Source: Marsupella aquatica (lineage: Eukaryota; Plantae; Marchantiophyta). From it: DNA of 64,000 bases. Below, piece after piece: positions 42,713 through 54,771 of this stretch. The position numbers were made by a program, and so were the translations under genes. Numbering within the stretch: position 1 is the stretch's first letter; every line of letters begins with the position of its first letter. The notes beneath the pieces are model-generated. The model had not been told where the DNA came from. It worked only from the letters and a program-made list of their open reading frames with translations, and searched no databases. The stretch spans positions 8,143,539 through 8,207,538 of the forward strand of contig OZ316896.1 in assembly GCA_973895155.1 (NCBI GenBank), given 5' to 3'.

Positions 42713-45176
42713 TTCAACATAGTTGGGAGCAGCTCAACTCCTTTGTTGAGAAGTTACTGTTGTTTCAAAGAGTAGTCTAGAAATGATCGATTCCAGCACG
42801 CGGTCAAGTACGGCCATGGTTTTGAGGAAATCAATTCAATTATAAATTCGTCGTCCTGCATGTGCACATTTGTGCACTACATCGTCGATTCAGTTTTCCA
42901 GTTCTGCTAAAGAAGATCTGCTCTCGGAATTAGTCGTGGACGCTCTCAATGGGCCCTGGAAATCGCTAATTTTCGTTTGAGAATTCGAGATTGAATGGAT
43001 GGTGTAGATACATAGGTCAATGAATCTACTTAAAAGAAATCAAATTTTGATTGATCGGAGAACTTGGAGCTCAATTGTCACGTTTGCTCAGTCTATCCCC
43101 TACCCGCCCGTAGCAATGTGATGAAGAGACAACCGCGTGCAAGGCATTGCATGCCTGTTTCCACATGTATACTGATTTCTCTCGGTTGGAGTGAAGCTTT
43201 ATACAAATATACCGTGTTAATTTAACATTTTCTCGGGCATTTTCTTATAAATTGAGGGACAGGGAAACAGTAATTACACGCCCTGTTCACTCTTGCTGAC
43301 CACAAATGCTGCATGCATTGAGATGTCTGTGAGTCCTCTTCAATTGCGGGTCACCTCTCTCCAACAGGTTGATCAGATGACCTCTACCTCACTTGTCCGG
43401 TCCTCACAGTACTTCAAGGAGACGTCATCTTTGCAGGTTATGTCTGTCATGGACCTGGAAGGCACACGCGACGAATTGTTGCTTACGTCGAAGTGGCAGG
43501 ATGCATCTGTAGTATTTGGACATTAAATGCACGACGAGGATTGTCGGCATTGACAGCTTTCTCCCACTGTGAATCGCTCTCGCGATAACTATCCTTGCGC
43601 CAAATTGACTTCAAACAAAAGTTTAAACTCGCCTCTGAAAGAAGTGAATGCATAGGGCCCCTGGTGAAATGTAGCGATGCTTGGTTTGCTGTAGTTCTCG
43701 TGCGTGAACAGGGGTCCAGTTGGCGAGAGCATTAATTACGTCGATCGGGTCTCGCCGTTGCAGCTAGTAGTTTGGATCCTGCTTTGCCTTGGCAATGATT
43801 TCGGATGGAGTGACCTGTTCTCAAAGCATCCCAATTGTAGAGATTCGGATTGCTATAATTGTCTAGGACTTCGTCGTGAAGGAAGGGCCTGCATTTGGCA
43901 ACAGGCCCGCCAAAATTCAATCCTAGCCCACCAATAATCGACTCCGGAAGCGGGTGCCTAATCATCGATGGCTTTCGCATTGTATGCCTCAGGCGGACAT
44001 CGAGCAACGCGCGAATTGTGCACATCATTTGGAAACGAAAACAAAATTTTCCATGATGCCATTGCCGGCAGCGAGTGCACGCGGCGCCCATTCATCCAAG
44101 AACTGTGACAGGATCCCCCGTCGATTTAAGCGGTCTGCGGTAATTGCAGTTGGATTGAGGATTAATCAAGACACGTGCAGGAAGATTGAAGAGTTTCACC
44201 GTGACTTTACTGGAAGAATGGAGGTCGAGATTGAAACGGAAAATTGAGGATGAGGAGAAGGAATTGGATGCAGATCAGGCATGGTGGGAGATCGTGACAA
44301 CCACCGGTCCTTTGTGTGCCAGCTCTCCTCGGGTGGGAGAAAAAGGAGATAGGTCGAGGCGGAGGACTAAAGATCGAGACATTGCAAGGGAATGACAGAA
44401 TATGAAAGGATAGTTTCGCAGAAACGCCAACGTACAGCAACGTACACTCAGCAATGCTTCATTAGACGATCCAGAATAAGAAAGCCATTATGGAGAATTC
44501 ATCGCAGTTTGTGAGGCAGATGAGTATTTCATCCTGGCGTTCTTAGCCTGTCATCGAATCACAATTTAGCTGCTTCGACTCGACAGCGGAGAAAATAATC
44601 ATCACCTCTTGATTTTGCAGTGTCTACCATTGGTACAATACACTGAGAACGATACGAATGTGGGAGCTCTGAGGTATGTAGACAACTGAGCACGCAGAGC
44701 TCGAGGTGGGCTGTCGAATCGGGTCAATTCACTCGACCTCGCCCGCTCGCACCTGCCTGTAGTCTCATACGTACTGCGATCGAGATATTCAGTCCAGTTG
44801 CATCGCGATGGAATGATCTGTGCCGTCTACAGGGTTTGGCGGGAGCCAGCTGGCAACGCCACCACTCGCTCCAAATTAATCGTCACAGTGCGGGAGGCCG
44901 GATCAGACGGACTGGGATTTTGTTTTTAATGTTGACGGTGGGTTTGACTACGGATCGTTGAATTTCGTGGAAGACCAAAGCTGGGACACTTGACGACAAT
45001 GTTTTTTTGGGGCTTGGCTACTGTATCAGCAGAACCATTCATTCGCAAGGAAAGCTATCATCCCAACCGGTAGTTTTAATGAATATTAATTGGCTGCAAG
45101 TTTAGCCACATCCTGGCGACTGTAGTCTGCTAGTGGAGATGGACGAGAGGATTTTGAAAAGAAGGTTTTGTAGATT

Positions 45177-47412
45177 CGAGCTACATTGGACCTCCACCCT
45201 GATTGGGTTGTCCTCCAGGTTGATGTCTTTAACGCTTTTAATACGGTTTCTCGGGCAACCATTTTTCGTGCTTTGAGGGCGGCGGATCCAGACATCCAGT
45301 CCCTGATCCCCTTTGTCCGTTGTTTTTATGGACTCGAGGCCCCACTCTTCTATAGTCATCACTCCTCTACAGGTGTGTATACCACTCTTTCCTCTGCAGA
45401 AGGTACACGTCAGGGTGACCCTTTGGGTGGGCCTCTTTTTGCCATTGTCCATTTTACAGCTTTACGGGAAGCTGCCATGGCCCACCCCCAGTGTATCTTC
45501 CCCTCCCTTTCAGATGACACCCACATCATTGGTCCTCCTGCCGCGGTTACTTCTGCCCTCGCCACTCTTTCCACCCATTTGATGGGCCTCGGTTTACGAG
45601 TTCAGCCTGTGAAGAGTCGTGCATGGAGTCCAGCTGGGTTACCCTCTGATCTTGTGCTTCCCCCAGGGTTCTTACGTCCAGCCGATGGTCTTCGGGTCCT
45701 TGGCTCCCCAGTCGGTACCGCCTCCATTTGCTCATCTTTCATCGCTGACTCTATACAGGCTGCCTTAGCCCATACTCCTATGCTCCCTAAGTTAGCAGAT
45801 TCTCAGGCAGCATTTGGGATGTTGTTGAGGTGCATCCACCCTCGTGCGTCTTATCTGGCTAGGACGCATCCCCCTATCGAGGATCTTTGTCTCCACCTTC
45901 GAGCATTTGATGTCTCCATTCGTCAGACCCTGGCCTCTCTTTTAGGTCCGGGTACGTTGCTCTCATCTCCGTGGCTTCATCGACAACTCAGTCTTCCTAT
46001 TTCGCAGGGTGGTTTTGGGCTTACTTCCATTGAGAGCCTTGCACCTTTGGCCTTTTTGGGTACATGGGCGGCCGCCTTCTCGTTGTTGGCCGATCGTTTT
46101 CTTATTGAGGATCGCCCTTTTTTACTTTCATCTCTCATGGAGGTAGAGGAGGGTTCCCTCCCGTTTCAGGTTCATTTGCGCGCAGCGCGGTCCTCATTAC
46201 CAGATCCCGTTCGCGCCGCGTTACCTTCTTTCCAGGAGTTTTTATCCTTGGATCCCGTTCGTCTTCAGGCAGACCTCGCTGGGCGTATGCACACTTTCAC
46301 CCTTTCCAGCATCCTCTCCGAGGCACCTGACACGGACCGAGCTCGGATTCTTTCTTCCGGAGGGAAGGGCGCAGGTGGATGGCTTCAGGCCAATCCAGTC
46401 ATTCCTCATTTGCGGATGTCTTCAATGGAGTTCTCCACAGCCATGCGTCTTCGTCTGGGGCTGCCCCACCCACTTCTTGCAGGTTTACCTCCTTCTTGCA
46501 CTTGTGGGAAGCCTTGTGATGCCACATGTGTCCATCTTCTTCGGTGCAGTTTGGGAGGTGAAACCATTATTGTTCACGACGCTGTGCGAGATGCGACTGC
46601 TCAGGTTCTCTCTGGCTCTTTGGTATGCGTGCGGCGGGAGGTGGTACTCGAGTTACCTGGTCCTCCATCACAGCGGTTACGGGTGGATCTTACCATGGTC
46701 CGTGAGGGTCAACGTACTTTGGCAGATGTTGTGGTGGCAAACCCATTGCGCCAAGACATCATTGGGACAGCGGCAACTACGGCAGGGGCAGCAGCGTCAC
46801 GTGCGGCAACAACGAAGGAGGCCAAATATGCTGCACGAGCTTCATCCGACAGCTTCCTCCCCCTTGCTGTGGAGCTATTTGGGCGTCTTCATCCTCAGTT
46901 TGATGGGCTTCTTCGGCAAGCTGCCCGGGATGTTCATGGCCGAATGGGTCCCACCGGACCCCCGCTTTCTATTTTGACCACGCACTTTCGCCAACGCATT
47001 TCAGTCACCTTACAGCGTGCTCAAGCTCGGGCCATCTATTGTCGATCTCTTACAGTGGGTGCTAGTGTGCCTCCGCAGCGGCTAGCTCCCCTTGAGGATG
47101 TTCCAATCCCACTTGCCGATCTAGTTTTGACTCTTGATGTGGACCATTAGCTTTTTGCCACAATCGGTAGGAATGATGAGGACCTCGGTCCGCTTGGGTT
47201 AGTTTTAGTCTCTCTCTCTTTCTTGGTTTTTAGGGGTTCCCTATTGTTCATTTCTTACTTTTAGTTCCTCTTTCTTGGTGTTTAGTGGTTCCCTTTTGCT
47301 CACTTCTTTTTCGATTGGTTTTGTCCACTTGGGCCCTCTTTTGTTTGTTCATTTGTACTCTGTTTGGTCCCTTTGTATATAGAAAGTGTGTATATTTTTA
47401 TTTTTATTTTTA
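45177..47412 (+). mobile_element. 5'-truncated RLE-type non-LTR retrotransposon (CRE-like clade)
   Basis: A 10-bp TSD TTTGTAGATT lies at 45167-45176 and 47413-47422, and the 3' tail is (TATTTT)n. The ORF begins abruptly inside the RT domain. Confidence 0.85.
45186..47150 (+). CDS. Reverse transcriptase C-terminal part + CCHC finger + restriction-like endonuclease (partial ORF)
   Basis: VDVFNAFN, GTRQGDPLG, SLSDDTHI, LRVLGSPVG, LPISQGGFG, CTCG..HLLRC..HDAVRD, RRE..RVDL..LADV..KEAKY..FLPLAVELFG. Open for 654 aa. Confidence 0.88.
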   Translation: MDLHPDWVVLQVDVFNAFNTVSRATIFRALRAADPDIQSLIPFVRCFYGLEAPLFYSHHSSTGVYTTLSSAEGTRQGDPLGGPLFAIVHFTALREAAMAHPQCIFPSLSDDTHIIGPPAAVTSALATLSTHLMGLGLRVQPVKSRAWSPAGLPSDLVLPPGFLRPADGLRVLGSPVGTASICSSFIADSIQAALAHTPMLPKLADSQAAFGMLLRCIHPRASYLARTHPPIEDLCLHLRAFDVSIRQTLASLLGPGTLLSSPWLHRQLSLPISQGGFGLTSIESLAPLAFLGTWAAAFSLLADRFLIEDRPFLLSSLMEVEEGSLPFQVHLRAARSSLPDPVRAALPSFQEFLSLDPVRLQADLAGRMHTFTLSSILSEAPDTDRARILSSGGKGAGGWLQANPVIPHLRMSSMEFSTAMRLRLGLPHPLLAGLPPSCTCGKPCDATCVHLLRCSLGGETIIVHDAVRDATAQVLSGSLVCVRREVVLELPGPPSQRLRVDLTMVREGQRTLADVVVANPLRQDIIGTAATTAGAAASRAATTKEAKYAARASSDSFLPLAVELFGRLHPQFDGLLRQAARDVHGRMGPTGPPLSILTTHFRQRISVTLQRAQARAIYCRSLTVGASVPPQRLAPLEDVPIPLADLVLTLDVDH

Positions 47413-47589
47413 TTTGTAGATTAAGTGTTTTATTCGGAAATAGCAGTAAGGCACATGTGTCTCTTGGTGAAAGGTGCAACTATTCAGAACGTTACATATA
47501 CCTGCTAGCGCAGGCTATCATGAACATCTTTTTTCCATATTTTTTGAACGTTTGCCAATAACATATCAATCGATCTATGTACCGTAGAG

Positions 47590-50300
47590 TGCAATTAATT
47601 AGAGCTTAGGACAGGCCAAAACTGGTTACCAAAGACTAGGTTGAAATGCGCATACCTTTGTCTAAAGTTAATGACATCCAAAAGGAATATTGAAAGATTG
47701 GATTCGTGCACAGACGTGTAGATTGTCAAAGTTGAGCAGCTACAGTAGTGTCTAATTCCCTCAGAACCATCCAACATTTGTAACGTATTAATTTTGGATA
47801 CCAAAGCATTCGCCAACAAATTCCGAGGATAATTCTTCACGTCACAAGATCCATCCTCAACGTCTCTCATGATCAAGAACATGGAAACTTTGAGAGAGAT
47901 ACTCTAACCTCCTGTTCATAATGATTCTTACTCTTCTTGCATGTATTATAGATACTGTCTAGAAGCCCCTTTGACTCCAAACTCGCTTTCTGATGCTTTT
48001 CTAATTGCATGACACTCAAATTTACAACGCATGTTACTCAAATTTTCATATGAACCAACTGTCTTTTTTCAGGCTAGGGTTTGGATCAAAATCATTGTGG
48101 AGGGGAAGTTTCAGTGTAGGTTATGTTGGTGTTCCATTGACAAAAAAGTCCAGCCTAGGCGATAGTTTGAGAGGGAATAGTATGATCACAAAGGATTTTA
48201 CATGCACGATAACAAGGGTGAGTAAGATTTCTCTATCAAAACAAACTTGACGTCTTCCTTAAGACTGGTTTACTTGAAAAGCACAGGCAGATCTAAATGT
48301 AGGAGACAAACACCCTAACTGGATCAAATTAGAATTTCGTTATATGGTACTGATTTTTCAGGCAAATCTTCACAACAAGGTGTTGATATGCATATAAGAC
48401 CAATAAAGTAATTTCCCCTTCCCACCAGAAAAGAACTCAAATCAGTTCCCAATTTTAAAGAGTGAGAGACTATATCTTCCTTATATCAGAGGGTATAGGA
48501 AATTAAAATTACATACACTCGACCATTTCCCTACAGTAAGTGAAGTTACAGACTCCCCACTTGGTAGGAGGTACGCTACTTAGTCATATGGTCTTACAAT
48601 GGTAGTTCCTGAAGTTACTGTAGTTGATTTGATTTGGAGAGCATGTCCAGTTCCAAACCTATTACTTTTGTGACTGACAGTCAATTATAGTCATTTAAAC
48701 ATGACAGAGCTATAATTTCAAAAATATTGCCCAAAATTCACCCAATCAAGTCATCTTGTATTGGAACATTCCAACAAAAACTGTTGTTCAATTAAGCCAA
48801 GTTAATTTATAATCATGCCAAAAAGGGTTTCTTTAAAGTGATGATGAATTTGGAGGAGCCAATCATGTGGGTTTATTGATTGCATCGTGAGTGGCCTGAA
48901 ATCCCTTTGTTTATCAACTTTCTTAGCAGTCAACCATTTGTTGATCCTCTAAAGCATCTTCAATTTGTGAGCCCTTAATATAGACATTTGTAACACTATT
49001 TCCAGGGGACACAGCCCACAGATAAAACACTGAATGAACTGATCTGTTTTAAGAAGGGGGTTAAGATCATCTCACTAGATCTTCAGACACTTGACAACTT
49101 ACTGAAGCCTTGAGGAAACATGCTAAACAAGTCAATTTATGGCCCAACAACAACTATTGTGGACTGATCAAAATAGATAAACTTTGTTGATCTCATAGTG
49201 CTACCTAGAATTTGTTGTCTCAATCCATCAACAATGTGGGCATATTCTCCACCTGACAAATGGTTTGGGCGCCAAAGAACTGATGTTACTAGGGGGGGCC
49301 TACCTGCCAGATCATTGTGTGCTGAAGATAACTTAGGTTCCCCAAATTATGGTAGGACTTTCACAGATGTAACAATCCTTCATGACCCACATGCTAGGAT
49401 GACATATGGGGACAATAGCCACCATGGGCGTGTTTGTACAGACGTAACGCTGAACCCAAGGGACAACCCCTCAAGACTCATAAGAGGCACTGTGAATGAT
49501 CCTCAAGGTCGTCCCTCTGGAAGAGCTCATTGCCATGGTCGTAAGCGAACGGATCTCACAAAGTTTAGTATCCTCTCCTATGAAGATGAGAATCGCCTCA
49601 TTGGCCCAGATAACATACGTGTGTCCTATCCAAATGATCTTTTTGACAGGATAGACAGGAGCTGCCTATTCCCTCAGTGTCCAGTGGGAAAAAGACGGAA
49701 CTATGATCATCATGGAAACCAATGGTCAAATTTGGGGTTTAGAAATCAAAGTAGGCCATCAAGATGACATCAAGATAATCAGGGTGGTTCTACAAGAATT
49801 CAATGCACCTGTGACTTTTTCACCAAATCATTTAACAAGAAAGCCACTTCTTGTTGCCAAAGTAGACTACAGACCAAAGATCTTTTGACATGACCTTCAA
49901 TAAATGCATGTTTTAGAACCCCTTCCACACAATCTCTGCAAAAGGCCTGCATGTAACTCTTCTAATAAGGAGGAAGATGTCCTCCCTACTACCCAAAGCA
50001 CTTAAAAAGAGCACCACTCTCCCATAGTTGCCCTCCTTTCCCCTTCTAAATCAAAAGTGATCTTGCATACATTTTCTGATAGAAATGTTATTTGATCAAT
50101 TGATGCATGCCCAACTACAAATTAAAACTTCATAAATTGAAGACCCTCTCTGAGCGTACCCCTCTTAAATGGGTTGCCCTTGTGGATACTCTACGAAGAA
50201 TGGTGGACTATGTCCAAACTTCTCATACAGATGTATAGTTGATCAAAACACTATAATAAACAAATGAATCCTGCCTCTTTCCTTTGCTGGTCTGTTTTCC
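47590..50300 (-). mobile_element. Heavily decayed L1-like LINE
   Basis: Broken minus-strand frames resemble RT segments (KIL..IA..FFVNGTNI; QLVHMK; LLANALVSKI..GIRH), with ORF1-like remnants at 49700-50000. Many stops and frameshifts. Confidence 0.45.
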
Positions 50301-50344
50301 AAACCCAATGTAGGCTTCAAGATATTATGGCCGTTCAATTTGAA

Positions 50345-50428
50345 GACTTTCCTGTGCCTTTGGATCTTTGGACTTTCCTGCGCCTTTGGATCTTTGGACT
50401 TTCCTGTGCCTTTGGATCTTGCTTTGGA
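50345..50428. repeat. 26-bp tandem repeat, about 3 copies
   Basis: gactttcctg(t/c)gcctttggatctttg repeated. Confidence 0.85.
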
Positions 50429-53400
50429 TTGGCCAAAACACCCTGAAAAGCCTGCCACCTGAAACTGGTGCGCATCCTGGCTTGTATGACTAGTTCTCCA
50501 GGATGATCAACTCCTCTTGCTTACCCCATCTGTTTCCCTCTCCCTCAACTCTAGTTCTCACTACATGCGACCATGCAAGGTGGGTGCGTGTTAGCAGACA
50601 AGCCCACATGGGGAGGCTAGCGCGCAAGTCATGAGGAGGGAGAGGGGAAAATGACAGGGCCAGGGGGCAGGGGGGGCGGCAGAGGGGGGCTGAGTTGCAC
50701 AATGGGAGGGAGAAGGGGCAGGAGAGCAGAGGACAAGGGCAAAGTGAAACAAAATTAAAAAAGAAGAAAAAGAAACAAGGAAGAAAGGGGGTAGGGGAGG
50801 GAGGCTGGGTTGGGAGAAGGTTACATGTTTGTTTGCCCAACACACTCCCCACTAATAACAATTATTTTATGATAAATAGGAATATATGACACAGATAACA
50901 TCCTTTTCTTAACAAAATTGATCAAAATCACAACATTTTAGTAACAACCATCTAGTCAGATCTCTAGACTATGACACTTCCACCTAGATGTCTAGACTAT
51001 GACCACAGATAAATGAGAACACTTTCTTGAAAACTTTTGCAACACCAAGGCCACTCTGAAACAATCACAACTACAAAACATAGCCCCAATGATAGCTATA
51101 GGATAATGAAGGTCTAAGCATGTGGTTACTAGGCTGTGACCAGAAAGTGAAGCAAAGTTGACTGGTGGTAGCTCAAACGCTCTTCTGAGCATTTTGGGAG
51201 CAGGGTTTAGTCTAGAAGGCCAACCCAGATAGTCATTACAATATGAAATTATGGTCCAGGAAATAGTTAGCAATAAAGACTTTCTGGGCAAGAGATTAGC
51301 AAATTAGCAAGGGCATCCCCAAAATGAGCCCCAAAATGGTCACATAGGACTGGTAGACCTAGCCACCTTACGCCCTCATCAAACCTAGTACCTTTGACTA
51401 GGTACTCTTGGTGCCCGATTGCCTGCACGGAATTGTACGAGCAAGCAACTCGGTGCCCCTATCACAACTTATGGCAACTCTCACACAAAGCCATACTTGC
51501 TCCTCATCACAACCAACGCACAATGGCCCCTATAATTGTACACACAACCCCGTCTTGGGTGCTACCCAAGCTTCCCAACTTTCTATCTGGCCTGACCCAT
51601 AACTTTCTAGTTAGATGTCCATAGATGAAGTGCCTTGAACCGTTGTGATTTAGCCGATGTGGTGCTCGTGCTTGGGCCCTCAGGGCTCATGCTCGTTGGG
51701 GATCCTAGAAAGCCCCCACACAAGTGATGCATGTTCTCAGGCGTAAAGCTTTCGTTCCGCATGAACTGAAATTCTATGTACTTGGGCCTAAGAGGAGCTC
51801 TCACTCAAACGTACCCTCATAACTCGGAGTCCATCCCGGGGTCCGGACTGTCCACTTTAAGCCTAGCCCATCTCATGGCCCGACCAACTCCTAATGCCGG
51901 TCGGTCCGCTTGTGCTCTAGCTTAGCGTCTTGCCTTCTAAAGCAATACTTCCTTGCTCCCAAGTCGATCTCCTCATGCTTAGTCTCCTTCTGAATGGTCA
52001 TCCCGGGCCTGGACCATAGAGGAGCTTGGCCTCATTGACTTTGATGTTGGAACTAAGTGGTAGGGTAGTCGAGTTCCACAACTACATGTAGCCTCTAGTC
52101 CATACCAAATTTAGGCGCCCAATTTAGGGCAGGGCATTGGGCTTGTAGCTCCATTGTGACAAACAAAGTTACTCTTGTAGAGGATCCACTCTTTGGTGCC
52201 ACCCCTTGACTATTCATTGGTTGGTCTTTCATTGGCTGGTCTTTGGTCCCACTGAAGTTGCTGCATTTCTTGTTTAGATTCCATCAGTCTTGGCCCCTGC
52301 CCCGCCGCCCAGCCCTCCCCCCCCAAGCTGTTCAGGACTCCGCAACCTCTGGTCCACAGGGTGCTGACCCCTTTTGTGGGCCACCCGAATTGTATGCTGA
52401 CTTTTCTATATTATTTTTAGGCAATAATAATATTACTGTAAGTTGTGGATTTGAGGGATGGGTGTATACTGTACCTTTTTCACCGATTTATGAAAAAAGG
52501 CAGGTTCGGTTACAATGAGACAAAATGGAGGGTGTCTATCGCGCTTCAACAAGCACAGACGTTCACTATTCTTTGTAGGGGGGGCTGTTGGTCTTAGGGC
52601 CTCTAGTAGTATTCCATTGCTTGACCTTCCCATGCAGTTCATGCTTGAACTATACTAGGCTCTTCAGTTTTTCTGGAACTATACTAGGCTCTTCAGTTTT
52701 TCTGATTGGTAGTCTTTGGGGTCCTGGTTTTTGGGTGCCCTAGTTCTTTGTTTCTTTGACTACTTGCCTTCTTGGCCCCTAGGTGGTCCCCCCTTGATTG
52801 GTTTTTTTTTTTCTCACGGTTGGGAGCCCTCTGTTTTTTACGGACCCCACTAGAGGTCCCTTCCAAAATTCCTGGCACCACAGCGTGCCACGTCAACAAC
52901 AACCGCAACAAACAAGACTCGTCGGTTTTGTAAATCAAACTTATAGTTTTCATTCGTGTTTGTGTCAATTTGGGTGTAAATTTTGGGACGCCGTGCCATA
53001 AAAAGAAAAGTAAAAACATTGGAAATGCAAAGAGCAAGACGGTTAAAACTGTCACTATGTAACCGTTTTAGTTACATTTCCAATTTTAAAACTTAAATTC
53101 AAAGATTTATAAAAAGTATTTTTCATATAATAAATAATGACTAATAACTAACTTGATAACTTCCTTGTTAAACCACAACTCCCGGTATGTAAGGACCTCT
53201 CGTATTGTACGGCCATTAATGCTGGGAAGAGCACATAGAAACCCAGGATCAGGGAGGAGGAATGGCTGGAACTTGAAAGTTCATCAAATTTTATACTCAA
53301 AACTATTTACTCATTCTCAAAACAAAAAATACCCAGTCGTAGATCGCATTGAGATCTTTCTTTTGCACCCTAGATCGCCTTCTAACATGGATGAATAAGA

Positions 53401-53708
53401 TTTCTAGAGTCATTACAAAATGGACGGCAAAGATCATAAAATCAACAAAATCGATGGCTAGGAAGGCCAGCTTGGATTTGTTTAATTTTTCATTTGAAAA
53501 ATATTAACCCATTTGCAAAACGGACAGAACCCATCCATAGATCTATTTGAGATCTTTCTTTTGAGCCATAGATTGGCCATTATGATGGACGGACTAGATT
53601 TCCGGAGATAAGAAATGGAGACAGCTCAGATTGACTCTTCCCCCTGATTTTATTAGCCAAGGGGTCCACTAACTAATTGGCAATTTGAGATATGAAGTAC
53701 TACCAGAA

Positions 53709-53771
53709 AGTATCATGTAGCCCGGTTGGGCTCCCTCTATAGTATCATGTCGCCCGGTTGGGCTCCCTCTA
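53709..53771. repeat. 32-bp tandem duplication containing TGGGCT (site II-like) motifs
   Basis: agtatcatgt(a/c)gcccggttgggctccctctat occurs twice, about 1 kb upstream of the ATG at 54772. Confidence 0.75.
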
Positions 53772-54771
53772 TTTTTCTGGCAGTTTGAAATAAAGTAACA
53801 CCAGAAAAACAGAGCGCGGGCGCTGATTACTGTAGCTGGAAGTCTGGTGTAGTTTATTCAGGGCGAGCAACGCATGCTGTATGTGCAGTAGCGTTACCAC
53901 TCTCGTTGTACTGTAGTGTTGTGGAGGAGCGTTACCTGTACTGTAGTGTTGTGGAGGAGCGTTACCTCTTGTTGTGCGCTCTCGTGCTCTTACTCAGTCA
54001 TTGGCAACGCTCGTTTGACGTTTGATTCGTCAATTCGTGCGGATGTGCAGTAGCTTTACCTCTCGTTGTAGTGTTGGCGCAGGAGCTTTAACTCCTTCTC
54101 TCAGTCCGTGAGAGGGCTCAGTTTGATTCGTCAAGTCGTTCACAGCTATACGAGGTTGGAACATTCTGTTGAAGCTCAGTGTAGAAATCTTTAGCTCAAT
54201 TACTTGATCCTCTGTCTCGTGAAAGTCGTTCGCAACTACAGTAGGTGGAAGCATTTAGTCAAGCTTTCGCAAAGAAATCTTAGCTCTACTAGTAATATGT
54301 CTTGTTTTCGTTCGATACTAACAACATTTGGTTTAAGCAGTTGGTAAAGCTCAGCACAGACATCTTAGCTCTGCAAACACTCGGTCTGTGCACGGGCGTT
54401 TCGAGGTTTCAGTGATCTTTGAATTTGACGTACTTGAACGGCTAAAGTCCGTTCAGGTGAACTGCAGGACAAGTGACGTTCAAGTGAACAATGGTGGCTC
54501 CTGCAGTTCACTTGAACGCCTCTGCGGCAATCGAGAATTCCCGCTTATCATAGGCTACTATGAATCTTGCCCGGTTTCTTCCCCTGTCCCGTGCGATTTC
54601 TCTCTGCGAACGGACGACAAATGTGCTAGGGAGAGCTCTTATCTTGCTCAGGAACTATAATGCGTAACTGAGATTACTCTGTCACGTTGTGTCTTAGACT
54701 GAACGCGCGGCACCATTCCATTCGAAGTTAAATCGTGAACTTGCTTGTGACGGAGATCAAGGGATCAAGAA

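Noticed and set aside
43700-44440. Short coding-like fragments (e.g. EEWRSRLKRKIEDEEKELD)
   Set aside because: Cannot be assembled into a gene or assigned to a family; may be a pseudogene remnant, but support is insufficient.
49198-49767. 189-aa plus-strand ORF
   Set aside because: Lies antisense to a decayed LINE; no domain similarity.
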